DNA from: Amoebidium appalachense
Lineage: Eukaryota > Protista > Ichthyosporea
DNA length: 64,000 nt
Reading direction: 5' to 3'
NCBI GenBank assembly: GCA_963693365.1
Contig: CAVNZM010000007.1
Location: 3,344,670 to 3,408,669 of the forward strand
In this document: positions 48,662 through 61,165 of the stretch, piece by piece
Position numbering within the stretch: the first letter of the stretch is position 1
Layout of the letters: each line of letters starts with the position of its first letter
Notes under the pieces: generated by a model
Database searches by the model: none
What the model saw: the letters and a program-made list of their open reading frames with translations, nothing else
Told to the model about the DNA's origin: nothing
Program-made: the position numbers and the translations under genes

Positions 48662-49989
48662 ATCAATGATAAGCCGGCCATGTGTTTATCATGGCGCACC
48701 GGTAAATGAATGTGGCGATTATGTGTAAATATATAAACGGAAATACATTATAAAAAAGGACTCACTCAACGACTCGGAGATGAACGAGCGTTACAAAACG
48801 TACGTGTCTGCCCCCCCCCCCCCCCCCCCCCCCCCCGCCGCCCCCCACCCAACCCCCCCTGTCTTCCCTCCTTCCCCACTACGACCCCCCCCCCCCCCTG
48901 CACGTGTCTAGTAGGTGTATAGATCCTACAGGTAACGATGGCAGGGTTAGGGTTATTCAGTGAAAGAGTGACAATACATAACCAACTGCAGTGTACATAT
49001 GCGTGGATGCCCCAGTGATCGTGTTAATGGCCTCTATAATCATCATAGTGGTCATCATTAAAGCCCCATACGACCACCACAAGGATCGCTAGTTATACCC
49101 CCATACGATCATCATAGTGATATCATTCTATGCCTCATACGATCATCATAATGATCACATACCAATATCCATACGGTCATCATAATGATCACAAGAAGAT
49201 GATCTAACGGGCGCAACTGACATGTGAATTTGTTTTTGCACGCCTCATGGAACTTCGAAGCGGATGAGGCTCATCAGGTGGCCGCGTCTTAGGTATGTAC
49301 AAATTCAAGTCTACTTTCCCTATGCACATTAACAATATATGAAAATAAAAATTTTAACACTAATTACCGTGACCTAGGCGAGGGTTGTCAATTAAGAATA
49401 GCACAGTGACCAAGCAAAGCAAACTACATGCAAAAACCATATTTGCAACGCCTCCGTGTGGTGATACCAAATATGGAACAAAAACTCTATAAGTAACCAA
49501 TCCGATGCGCCTGCTCATATTCCATGCTGCTGTGATTGGCTTAATCATGAGCCGGGATGACGGAACGGTGGTGGAAGTAGGGTTTGAGGAGGTGAAACAA
49601 TGGCAATTGTTGGGGACTAAAAATCAGTGGTTTTATGTGCAAGCCAAATGGGAAACCGTGCTGCCCCCCACGCGAATTTTGAAGCCGTATATAATCAGAT
49701 CGTGCATGGCCACCTGTATAGGCATTTGGTATCCGTTTAAGGAATCGTTCGAGTGTGCGCCCATGGGCCGATCCGGAGTCCCGGGCCATGACACACACTA
49801 ATACGATTGCTTAGCTGGCTTCTCCTCAAATTTTTTTATGTGGGTAGCCTATTAGGTATGCATGTAAAGTAATTAATTTTCTCTCCCTTTATTCACTTTT
49901 TACAAAATGATATTGGAGCGGTATCTTATTTTGAGCCAAAAGATCTCATATTACTATCTGCGTGGATCGCGAACAAGTATCCCGATAGG

Positions 49990-50498
49990 TATCAGAATGA
50001 TATTGGGATGATATAGTATGGGAAACATCTGGTGTTGCTGAAGAGGATATTGGAATGATATCGTACAATTATGTCACAACATCTCATAATGATATATTCA
50101 TGGGACTAAACAAATATCTGAGAAGTAAAACATAGGTATCGGAATGATATTGTTATGATATAGTATTGGATACATCTGGTTTTGCAGAAAAGGATACTGG
50201 AATGATATCGTACAATTATGTCACAACATCTCATAATGATATAGTCGTGGGACTAAACTAATATCTGAAAAGTAAAAAATACATATCGGAATGATATTGT
50301 TATGGGGTTTACGCTGTTTACTCGAGGCAAAGAGAACCAGTCTCAGGTATGGGGGGGGGGGGTTTGCTCGGAATATCCCCTCAGCGGTATATCATGATCA
50401 CGTACATAGATGTTGGGTGGTGACTATATATCAGGGTTTACTTTCTCTACGAGACACCATAAAGACTACAAGGAGAAATCAATTAGTTGGGGTTCCCC

Positions 50499-50543
<45 letters not shown>

Positions 50544-50575
50544 GAGCTCCCCTCGGGACACTCGGTATCAGCTGG

Positions 50576-50629
<54 letters not shown>

Positions 50630-51896
50630 TTTGTGTGTGTGTGTGCGCGTGCGCTATAATTTTGTAGTGATGTGTTTCTCAAGCCAATCAATACATCTAA
50701 TAAACAGGTCGTAGTTACGCGTGTTTAGTATAAAATCAAGGATGTTGTAATTTACAGGTAGGCTATCTTTCTGGGTGTCTGTTGTGAATGTGACGTGTGT
50801 GTGTTGCGTTATGTGGTCTATCAAACTACATTTGGCGATACATGACCGGTTAAACTGGTGTGTGTGTGTGTTGTTTGGGCATGCAAATGATGCCACCTTA
50901 TACTTATTAGATCTCCACTGTATAGCACGTGTACAGTAAAAGCGTGGTAATTGATCAATAATACCATCAGCTAGAGAAAGACCAGTTCTACAGGAAGGTA
51001 ATATGTATTTAGGTGTTATACACTTGCGAGTGCCATATTTGGCAATATGGTTGAGGCGGTCAGTATATATAAAACGAGACATAAGGCTTAGTTTTTCAAG
51101 GTGTATGCTTTCATCGGGTCTAGTGTCGTGTGGTATCTTTTTCCATTTGTTATATTGCGTGATTATCTTGTGATTGTGTACATGTTTAATAAGTAAGTGG
51201 CAGTCCAAAGTCACACACACACTATTGCGGGGTTTATTTGTATTTGTGCCCAGGGGAGAAGGGGAGAGAGAGGGGAGGAAAGAGGGGAGAGGTGAGGAGG
51301 GGACAGGTCGGATAGAGAAGAGAGGGTGGGAGGGCAAATACTTCTTTAAGCGGCTTATGTGCTTATTGAATTTCAGCGCGAGATAGGATACTCTAGCAGC
51401 TATTGGGACCAGACCATATATCGAGAGCGTTACAGGCCCAGGTTTACAACAGTTGTTAGATAGAAAGGAGGCAACTTCTGCTTCAAGGAAATTTGCCAAG
51501 GGTTTAAGCGCTCTAGTTCTCTCTTTCTTGATCCAAGCGGCGAGAAGGGGTAAACCATATTCACATGCCGGGAAGACAAAAGTGCGAATAAATGTAAGTC
51601 TAATAGAAGGATGGAGGGGTGTGTCTTTAAAAATATATTGTTATGCTATAGTATTGGATACATCTGGTTTTGCAGAAAAGGATACTCGAATGATATCGTA
51701 CAATTATGTCACAACATCTCATAATGATATATTCGAGGGACTAAACAAATATCTGAAAAGCAAACAATACATATCGGAATGATATTGTTATGATATAGTA
51801 TTGGATACATCTGGTTTTGCAGAAAAGGATACTGGAATGATATCGTACAATTATGTCACAACATCTCATAATGATATAGTCGTGGGACTTAACTAA
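49990..51896. repeat. About 147-bp tandem subterminal-type repeats, interrupted by a LINE fragment
   Basis: GGAATGATATTGTTATGATATAGTATTGGATACATCTGG...-like units near 49995, 50141, 50288 and 51777. Confidence 0.85.
50305..51634 (-). mobile_element. 5'-truncated copy of the LINE at 33211-37757
   Basis: Near-identical to about 33213-34553, with 11-bp TSD ATATTGTTATG (50294-50304 and 51635-51645). Confidence 0.9.
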
Positions 51897-52276
51897 GGTT
51901 TTATTTGTGGAAATTATTGACATAAATATTTTTCTGGGTAAAACACGTAGGATGGGTGTTCGATACCAACATAACCATGTAGGCTTCATTTCGTGTTTTA
52001 GCAGTTAGCGGTTGGCTGCCCGCACACGGGCACCTATTAGCCAGTCAAAACATCAGATACCACAGATCACTAGACCGAGTTATGATTGGCTCGGATCAGA
52101 TTTCACATAACACTAGATCGATTTTTGATTGGCTCAGATCGGTAGGCTTAGGTATATAAGCACGACAGTTTTTAGCAGATCAGCAAGCTACAAACACATC
52201 TTCTGTGTTTAGCATCCACAGCCTTACAGCTATATATTCCTTTTCATTCTCCCTATCTTTCCCTACGCCGGTCAGC

Positions 52277-53446
52277 ATGCCGCCGAAAAAGCGCCAGGCC
52301 TCAGCCGCCGCCCCTGCCGCGGCACCTAAGCGCCTGACCCGCAGCGACCTCCGCCACAGGCTGACCAACGCTCCCGCGGACACTGACGCGCCTCCAGCGG
52401 CCCATACCACCACGGACCCGGACCCGCCGGCTACTCTCCCCTCCACTCCTGAAGTCCCCCCTCAGGCCCCGCCGTCCCCGCAGATGACTTCTCAAGACGC
52501 CGTCCTGGCCGCCCTCACCGCCATCAGCACCCAGATGGCTGGCGTCCTGGCTGCTCTCACCAACCGCGACCCTCCCGCGCCCCCCGCCGCGCCCTCCACA
52601 CCCGGGGAGGTTTCCCCGGGGCTGCATCTCGGCCCTGACCTAGACCTACCTGCCCTGCCCGCGCCCCCCATCACAGGTGAGAACACTGGCGACATTTAGC
52701 CGGGCACACTCCCGCTTCCCCCCGCGGATGTGCTGGCAGATTTGCGCGCCAATCGTTTCGTCGATCTGTATAAGTTCACCCCCGCCGCCCTCCTGGCCCC
52801 ATCCAAGAAAGGCCAGCATCTGCGCATGGCCGACGACGGCAGCATCGAGACTTTTCGCCAAGACAAACCCGTTCCCCTGCGTTCACTCGTCATTTGGATC
52901 CAAGCTTGGACCCATTACATGGCCGCCAAGCACCGCCTCGGCCTTCCCACGGACAAAGACGTACTTTGGACTCAGCACATCACTCGCCTCAGCACCCGAT
53001 ACCCGTGGGCCCAGATCCACAACTATGACGTATACGCCCGCACCGTTGCCCACCAGCAGGGTCGGGCTCCGATCGAGTGCCCCAACCTGCTCGCCCAACT
53101 CCACCAGGATCTCCTCCTGCCACCCACTCTGCTCATCCCGGACGCATGTCAGCGCTGTGGCTTCCCCGACCACCCCAGCGCGGCCTGCCCCATGTACCCC
53201 AAGCCCGGCTGTGGTCTTGACGGCTTTAAGCCGCCCCACAAGCCCGGCGGGGGTCACACCCCTAACCGCCCTGGCCCGCAACCCGGCCCGGCAAAACCGG
53301 CCCGACCCGTGGATCTACCCGCGACGCACTGCAGGAATTTCCACATTAACGGTCGGTCCTGCGCTAAGCAGCCCTGCCCCTTCTCCCACGTGTGCCCGCT
53401 CTGCTCTGGCACACACCCCCGCAAAGACTGCAAGCACAATGCCTAG
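52277..53446 (+). pseudogene. gag: Ngaro copy 2 gag with premature TAG at 52697-52699
   Basis: CAG to TAG change relative to copies 1 and 3; zinc fingers retained. Confidence 0.85.
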
Positions 53447-53844
53447 TCTACGCGCACACCCACACACACAGCTAGAACATAGGGGTTAGGAGCTAGGACA
53501 CACGAGTACAGGGAAACGGAGCTCGGGAGAACGGGCCAATAGGGCTGAGTACAAAATTTCGCAGGCCAACTACGGCGCCCGCGCGCGTCAAGAATAAATG
53601 TCCCTACACAAAGACGTTTATTCTGGCCACTGCACATAATTTTACTCCCCCCCCCCCATCCCACGAGCCTCCCCCCCCCCCCCTTACACTCACCTAGCAC
53701 TCCCTCCCCCCCCCCCTTCTTCTACCGCTGTGTCCGCCCACACCCCCGCGTGCTCGGGCACATTCCCCTGCACAGGGCCCCGCTGCCCTCCCTGCCAACC
53801 CTCACTTGGGCCCAGCTGCCCTACTCTAACCCCCCGGGGCCCTG

Positions 53845-53892
<48 letters not shown>

Positions 53893-53953
53893 CTGCCGGG
53901 ATCTCCCCAAGGGTACACCACCCTTGCTAACCACCCCTTCCCCCGAGGCTCAG

Positions 53954-55575
53954 ACCCGGAGGCCCGCCCGCTGCCCCAGCACCACATTGACACCTCCCGC
54001 CTCCGGGAACTGCTGGCCTCCTACCCGGACCAACCATTCGCCGCACAACTCCTCCACGATGTCGAATTCGGCGTCGACATCGGCTATCGCGGCCCCTCCA
54101 CCTCTCGGGTGGGCCCCAACCGACCCACCACCCCGGAGGCAGCTGCCGCTATCACGGTGGATATTGCCAAAGAAGTCGCCCTCGGCCACCTGCGCGGCCC
54201 CCTCTCCCCGGCCCAATTCTTTGACGAATTTCCCGTCCACCGTTCCTCCCCCATCGGCGCCGTTACCAAGAAAGGGAACCCCCCCAAGTACCGTCGAATC
54301 CACCACCTCTCCTGGCCCCGGGGTAGCAGTGTCAATGACAGCATCACCTACCCCGACGAAATTCAGTACATTCGCGCCCGGGATGTCACCCAACTCATTC
54401 TCGACGCAGGCCCCGGCTGCTACATGGCCGTGGCAGATGTGCAGGCTGCCTTCCGGCACATGCCCATCCGACCGGAAGACCACCACTTAATGGCATTCAA
54501 ATGGCAAGGGCATTTTTACGTTGAAACCAGACTGCCCTTCGGCCTGAAATCTAGCCCAGCCATCTGGGAACGGATCGCGGCCACCCTACAGTGGCTGGCA
54601 CACCAGCACGGTATTACCCTCATCCGCCACTACGTAGACGACTGGATTATAGTCGCCCCCACACAAGAGCAGTGCCAACGTCACCTATCCACCTTCCTGC
54701 AACTCTGCCGAGAGCTGCACATTGCCATCTCCGAAGACAAGATGCAGGGCCCGGCTACCCGTGTCGTCTTCATCGGTATCGAATTCGACTCCATCGCCAT
54801 GGAGGCACGAATCCCGGCTTCCAAGCTCTCGGACCTACTCGACCTCACTTCCCACCCAAAGCCCACCATCACCATTCGGGACCTCCAGTCCCTCCTCGGC
54901 AAACTCACCTGGTGTGCCCAGCTGGTTCCCCCCGGGAGGGCCTTCTCCCAGCGCCTATGGGCCCTTCTCCGGACCCACCCACACCTTGCCGGCCACCACC
55001 ACATACGTCTGACTGCTGCCGCCCGGGCCGACATAGCCGAATGGCACCAGTTCCTCACATCATGGAATGGGGTGCACCTCATCACACCCCCCACATACAC
55101 CACCCTGGCCACTGATGCTGCTGGATCGGTGGGTCTCGGTGGCCACTGGCTCGACCAATGGTTCTTCATGCCCTGGTCCCCCTCCACCCAAGCTCTCTAT
55201 GCTCATGAGGGTAAACTCGGTTCTTCCGTCATCGAACTCCTGGCCATCGCAGCCGCCGTGGCCCTCTGGGCCCCCTCCTGGTCCACCCACCATGTCCGTA
55301 TTTTATGCGACAACACGGGTGCTGTGTCTGACCTGCACTCCCGGTCTTCCCCCCACCCCGTGATGGCCAAACTTATTCGGTTCATCACCCGCATGGAAAT
55401 GCAATACCAATTTACGTTACAGGCATCCTACCTACCAGGACCCCTCAACCATCTGGCCGATGCCATTTCTCGTAACCAACTTCCCCGGGCCCGACGACTC
55501 CGACCTTCCCTGCAACCGGAGCCCTGCCCCTTCCCCTTCTGGGTCCACGAGTTCCTATCCCTTCCCTTGGGCTAA
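53954..55575 (+). CDS. pol: Ngaro copy 2 RT/RNase H, intact; start placed at the predicted splice acceptor
   Basis: Open frame with D..AAF, LPFG, YVDD and RNase H TDA/ELLA/CDN/ADAISR. No in-frame ATG between the upstream poly-C tract and the RT core. Confidence 0.85.
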
Positions 55576-55597
55576 CCCCCCCCCCCCCCCCCCCCAG

Positions 55598-56444
55598 ATC
55601 TCCCGTTCCGGAACAACACTGGCAGATTGGCCCCCCACTTTGCTCCGGCCGAGCTGCTTCGAGCCACCACTACCCTGCAGGAATGCCAGGCCCTGAGTCT
55701 CAACCTCGACTCTCGGGCCTTTTACTCCCGGGTGCAAAAAGTGTTCATCGATTTCTGTGTGGCATCTCGGCTGCAATCCTCCTCCGGGTCCTCCCTCCCG
55801 GCCTCCCCACACACCGTGCAACTTTTTCTCGCCTGGTGTGCCCAACGAGGGGTACAGGCCTCTTCCTTAACCGGCTACAATTCGGCCATCACCAGGCTCC
55901 ACCTCGACATGGGCCTCCCTGCTCCCTACCCCCACGACAAGTCTCTGGCCTGGTTCCTACGGGGGGTAGGCCGATGGCAGCTTTCTCACAACATCCGACC
56001 CCGCTCATCCACCAGGGAACCCCTCCTCCCCTCCCACCTCCACCTACTCCATGGCCAGTGCCCCACCAAGGCCTGCTCGGCCAATCTCCGGCTATGGACG
56101 GCCCTCATCGTCGGTTTCTGTGGTCTCCTCCGTTCAGGGGAATTTACCTCCAAGACCCTGACTTCTTTCGACCCGTCCCGTCACGTTAAACGGAAGGACG
56201 TGACCTTCAGCTACACCCCCACCGGTACTTTGTCCCATGCCACCCTCCACCTGCCAACCTCTAAGACGGATGTACAGGCCCGAGGTGTCAACGTCACCCT
56301 AGCTGCCTTGCCCCTCACCCACTTCTCCCCAGCCCATCTCCTCCGGCAGTTCCTGGATACAACGTCCGGTCAACCCGACGACCCCCTCTTCAGTCTCGGT
56401 GGCATCCCCTACACCAAGAGTGCTTTCTCTGCCGATTTCCGTGC
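55598..56444 (+). pseudogene. Ngaro copy 2 tyrosine recombinase, C-terminally truncated
   Basis: LLRSGE and SKTD are present; HSLR, GRW and the catalytic Y are lost at the junction. Confidence 0.85.
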
Positions 56445-57231
56445 CCGGCTGAATGTCGCCAGTGTTCTCACCTGTAATGGGGGGCACGGGCAGGGCAGGT
56501 AGATCCAGGTCAGGGCCGAGATGCAGCCCCAGGGAAACCTCCCCGGGTGCGGAGGGCGCGGCGGGGGGCGCGGGAGGGTCGCGGTTGGTGAGAGCGGCCA
56601 GGACGCCAGCCATCTGGGTGCTGATGGCGGTGAGGGCGGCAAGGACGGCGTCTTGAGAAGTCATTGGCGGGGACGGTGGGGCCTGAGGAGGGACTTCAGG
56701 AGTAGAGGGGAGAGTAGCCGGAGGGTCCGTGGTGGTATGGATCGCTGGAGGCGCGTCAGTGCCCGCGGGAGCGTTGGTCAGCCTGTGGCGGAGGTCGCTG
56801 CGGGTCAGGCGCTTAGGTGCCGCGGCAGGGGCGGCGGCTGAGGCCTGGCGCTTTTTCGGCGGCATGCTGACCGGCGTAGGGAAAGATAGGGAGAAGAAAA
56901 AGAAAATATAGCTGTAAAGCTGTAGGTGCTAAACACAGAAGATGTGTTGTTGCTTGCTGATCTGCTAAAAACTGTCGTGCTTATATACCTAAGGCTGCCG
57001 AACTGAGCCAATCAAAACCGATCTAGTGTTATGTGAAATCTTATCCTGAGCCAATCAAACTCGGTCTAGTGATCTGTGGAATCTGATGTTTTGATCGGCT
57101 AATAGGTGCCCGTATGCGGGCAGCCGAACGCGAACTGCTAAAACATGAAACGAAGCCTGTTGATATCGGACACCCATCCTACGTGTTTACCCAGAAAAAT
57201 ATTTATGTCAATAATTTCCACAAATAAAACC
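56441..57231 (-). mobile_element. Ngaro copy 3 fragment (A1 + gag N-terminus), inserted in the Copia-1a 5' LTR
   Basis: Minus strand starts GGTTTTATTTGTGG at 57231 with gag ATG at 56865. The flank continues as LTR sequence matching 17285 onward. Confidence 0.9.
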
Positions 57232-58376
57232 TAAGTCCAATCCATACATGATTTCCGACCAGTCGGAAATCAGATCTATCTCTAATAGAAACCAATCACT
57301 AAGAACCAATTGCTTTCAGAGAGATCCGGTACGCGGAGACGTACACGATAGGACACAGACACTAGTTAAGATCAACTCGTGTCATCATCAAGGAAGTTCT
57401 AACCTATGACATACTGCAAAGACTCAGACATATCACACTTAACCTTGATGATTGGTCAAAGCCCGGCAACACATGAAAACTAAAGTGAATTAATGAAGTC
57501 TAAACACACATGCTATTCTAAGTGTAGCCTAAGTGTGTTACCGTCCAATGAACACGTATTAAGTAACACAAATCTACCTAACATATATTAGTAGAAAAGA
57601 AATACGATTATACACATGAAGACAAGGAGAGAAAGAAAAGAAAATAAGGAAGGAGAAAGAGGAAGGAAAAGAGAGCACAGATCAACAAACAAGATAGTAA
57701 TAGCATAACTATAACCAGAGATATTTATGTACACATGAACATGTACACGTCTCTCCCTGAGTGGGTGGATCCGTGTACACACAAATAAATACTCTAATCG
57801 ATATCACAATACACGATTAAAGCCGATACAACGCGATTACGAGTATACAAGCATATCGGAGATCGATGCTACACTTTACATAATAGGAGTGTGGCATATA
57901 CACTAAGCATATGAACTGAAACATAACACAAACTGAGAAGATCTTACCATATGTAAATACTACGTATTACAACAGCAGGTTCACTTTCGTCCAAGGGGAT
58001 GTCCCCCTAGAGGTAACACACGTCCCGGAGTAGTTTTTCATAGAGGTTTTATTTGTGGAATTTATTGACATAAATATTTTTTCTGGGTAAACACGTAGGA
58101 TGGGTGTTCGATACCAACATAACCATGTAGGCTTCATTTCGTGTTTTAGCAGTTCGCGGTTGGCTGCCCGCACACGGGCACCTATTAGCCAATCAAAACA
58201 TCAGATTCCACATATCAGTAGACTGAGTTTTGATTGGCTCGGATCAGATTTCACATATCACTAGATCGATTTTGATTGGCTCAGATCGGTAGCCTATTAG
58301 GTATATAAGCACAACAGTTTTTAGCAGATCAGCAAGCTACAAACACATCTTCTGTGTTTAGCACCCACAGCCTTAC

Positions 58377-58859
58377 TGTAAACAGTTGGACTAGTTAGGA
58401 TAAGGCAGAGTACAACTGAATCAAAATAAAGACAGAGAACGGGTAGAAAGGCACACGCGGCCAGGTTGCTTTTACTATGGGCCGACTCAGTCTGTCTCAG
58501 ACTTCACTGATGTGATCCCTGTACTGGGACGGCTTTCTTATATAGCCCCCAGGTTTCGGATCAAGGCCCAGGATTGGTTCATCCGCGGCCAGCGCGGGTG
58601 GCAACATGCTATTCGTGATTCTGGTGCGGTCCGAGCTGCCAGTCAGACCTTTGTCCTATTTATGCAAACCTCTTATTGGTTCACTTCGTTTATGTCGTAT
58701 GCAGCTGAAGAACCATATATGGTTCAATTCTTAGGTCAGAGTGAGTCCTATTGGTGCGGACATCATGTTTATGTGATATTCATGACAAAGCACGAATCGT
58801 GTGGTAGTAGATCACATTCTTTAGTAAACATGTACAGTTCAGGTGTACAGTTGTTTACA
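58377..58859. mobile_element. Solo LTR of a further LTR family, inserted in Ngaro A2
   Basis: TGTAAACA...TGTTTACA ends and TSD CTTAC (58372-58376 and 58860-58864); absent from other A repeats. Confidence 0.85.
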
Positions 58860-59105
58860 CTTACAGCTATATATTCCTTTTTCACCCACCCACAGTACAC
58901 CCACACTCAACCCCCATTGATCCACACATACGTGCTGTTTTTTCACGGGGCGAAGACTTCCCCCGTTTTTTGGGTACAAGGACCTCACGGATCAATAAAT
59001 TGATGACTGGGAGCTTGCCGTGGTTTACAACCATTGCAGGTTCACTTTCGTCCAAGGGGATGTCCCCCTAGAGGCAACACACGTCCCGGAGTAGTTTTTC
59101 ATAGA

Positions 59106-59869
59106 TAACTATATATTTGATAATGAGAGAATTGAAATAGTGCCCTAAAGTTGGGCCCGAGAGGATTTACGTACTCGGGGCTTTCAAATATAAAGAAAAA
59201 AACCAGCGGTTTCGGAGTCTACTGTGAACGCGCTGGGCTGAATGACGGCAGAGATCAGGTGATTCCCGTATCAAAACGGTTTTTGTTTCTAACCCAGCGG
59301 GAACGCACTTTGTTTAGAGAAATTTGGCGACATTTTTTTTACAACATATTATATCATTGGTACAACGACATTTTGAAAATTTCAATGTAATAGAACTTTG
59401 AATCCAATCACAAAAACCTCAAAGGTCTGCTAACACCGGTTTAGGGGGACACCGGGATGAGGACGGTAAATTCTATATCCACACACACACACACACACAC
59501 ACACACACCGGCCTGTGGCACACACACACACACACACACACAAACACGAGTACATTTTAATGTTTTAATAGCAGACAGTTGTCGAAGAAAAATAGAGTTA
59601 AAAAAAAAACTAAATCAACTCAGTAATGTGAATATGACATTTGGGGCGAGTGTAGTAGAAGGGTTTGTGACTGATAATGACTATTTTTTTACACTAGAGC
59701 TCGGGTGATTCAAGCTGGGCGGTGGTCATTGGTAATTTTTTTTATTTGTTTTTTTTCCAAATTTACACACAAAGTAATAATCGAATAGAACTTGAAAAAC
59801 AACTAAGAAGAAAGAAACGCATACAAACTTCACTTGGCCCACACACACACATTCACACACACACAAACA

Positions 59870-59903
<34 letters not shown>

Positions 59904-61012
59904 CGTTGAACACAATGAAAGGAAATATATCTAGAAAACACGGGTGCCATGATTGCAGTCACTGAGTATGAAAAGCATAAAAAAAAAATTGGGGGGGCAG
60001 GGAATGGGAAGAGGGCCGGAGGGGGGGGGGGGGGGGGGGGGATGCTTTTTGAAGTAAACTGAGAATAGTATAATTGCAGTACTGACTTGTGAGCATAGTA
60101 TATTGACATACACCGTAGAATGATGATTTTATGTTCGGGAACATTTCGGGGGGGTGCCAATTCCAGACTTCACTGAAATATATATATATATACTTTTAGG
60201 TGTGAATGTTGTTTGCCGGCGCCAAAACATCCCTCTCCCTCTCCCTCTCCCTCACTCTCTTCTGCTCCTCCGCCCCCTTTCCCCTCTCCCCTCTTCCCTC
60301 CCGTTCCCCCCCTCCCCCTGGACCTCAAATCCGGAATTTGGAGGGGACCTAAGGCCATTTTGTGAGGCATCAAAAACCATCGAAACGTTGCTTAGTTGTT
60401 TTTATGACATCAAAATCGCTAAATATTCTTGGGATACTAATGAAAAAGCCTAAAATAACTATATTATCTATATATATAATGCGTTGTTTGCCGGACCTTA
60501 AATCCGGAATTTGGAGGGGACCTAAGGCCATTTAGTGAGGCATCAAAAACCATCGAAACGTTGCTTAGTTGTTTTTATGACATCAAAATCGCTAAATATT
60601 CTTGAGATACTAATGAAAAAGCCTAAAATAACTATATATTTGATAATGAGAAAATTGAAATATAGTGCCCTAAAGTTGGGCCCGAGAGGATGTACGTACT
60701 CGGGGCTTTGAAATAAAAAGAAATAAACCAGCGGTTTCGGAATCTACTGTGAACACGCTGGGCTGAATGACGGCAGAGATCAGGTGATTCCCGTACCAAA
60801 ACGGTTTTTATTTCTAACCCAGAATGGAACACACTTTTTTTAGAGAAATTCGGCGACATTTTTTTTACAAAGTATTATATCATTGGTACAACGACATTTT
60901 GAAAAGTTTAATGTAATAGAACTACCAATCCAATCACAAAAACCTCAAAGGTCTGCTAACACCGGTTTAGGGGGACACGGGGATGAGGACGGTAAATTCT
61001 ATATCCACACAT

Positions 61013-61103
<91 letters not shown>

Positions 61104-61134
61104 GGCCTGTGGCACACACACACACACACCGTGC

Positions 61135-61165
<31 letters not shown>

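Larger units (their letters stand above)
30291..51896. mobile_element. Putative large DNA transposon (CMC/EnSpm-like), right terminus lost; about 9 kb after removing nested LINEs and Copia
   Basis: Breaks the Copia LTR at 30290 with (CA)CATCAGCAAA. Both ends are packed with GATATYRGAATGATAT-like subterminal motifs (30320-30940 and 49900-51896). No transposase was recognised. Confidence 0.5.
51897..56444 (+). mobile_element. Ngaro copy 2 (A1 51897-52246, gag, RT/RH, YR truncated at 3' end)
   Basis: Colinear with copy 1 and broken at 56441-56444. Confidence 0.9.
17103..57974 (-). mobile_element. Ty1/Copia element family 1, copy a: 3' LTR 17103-18027, 5' LTR split into 30250-30290 and 57232-57974; heavily nested
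   Basis: TSD GCAGG at 17098-17102 and 57975-57979. TG...CA ends. PPT complement TCCCCACTT at 18028. PBS complement GGGCTGCATAACC at 30237-30249. Internal pieces are colinear with copy b (39653-46418). Confidence 0.85.
12011..59105 (+). mobile_element. Ngaro-type (DIRS order) tyrosine-recombinase retrotransposon copy 1 with split direct repeats A1 (12011-12231), B1 (17078-17102 + 57980-58044), A2 (58045-58884), B2 (59016-59105); interrupted by about 41 kb of nested insertions
   Basis: gag, RT/RH and YR ORFs with the A1-ORFs-B1-A2-B2 layout typical of Ngaro/PAT elements. Flanks AAGCCTAAAA (12001-12010) and TAACTATATATT (59106-) rejoin into the uninterrupted host repeat seen at about 60619-60641. 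Confidence 0.85.

Noticed and set aside
49020-49195. CCATACGATCATCATA.TGATC repeats with short variable spacers (CRISPR-like)
   Set aside because: Degenerate repeats, spacers of about 12 nt, no cas genes and a eukaryotic context; better seen as subterminal-type repeats.
49240-49280. Minus-strand CTGATGA followed by a 7-bp stem (hammerhead-like)
   Set aside because: The stem is followed by GTGC rather than GAAA, and no stems I/III were found.
49505-49801. 98-aa ORF as a possible transposase remnant
   Set aside because: No DDE or other recognisable motif on either strand.
58512-59003. 163-aa ORF
   Set aside because: Crosses a solo-LTR/Ngaro A2 boundary, so it is a chance frame.
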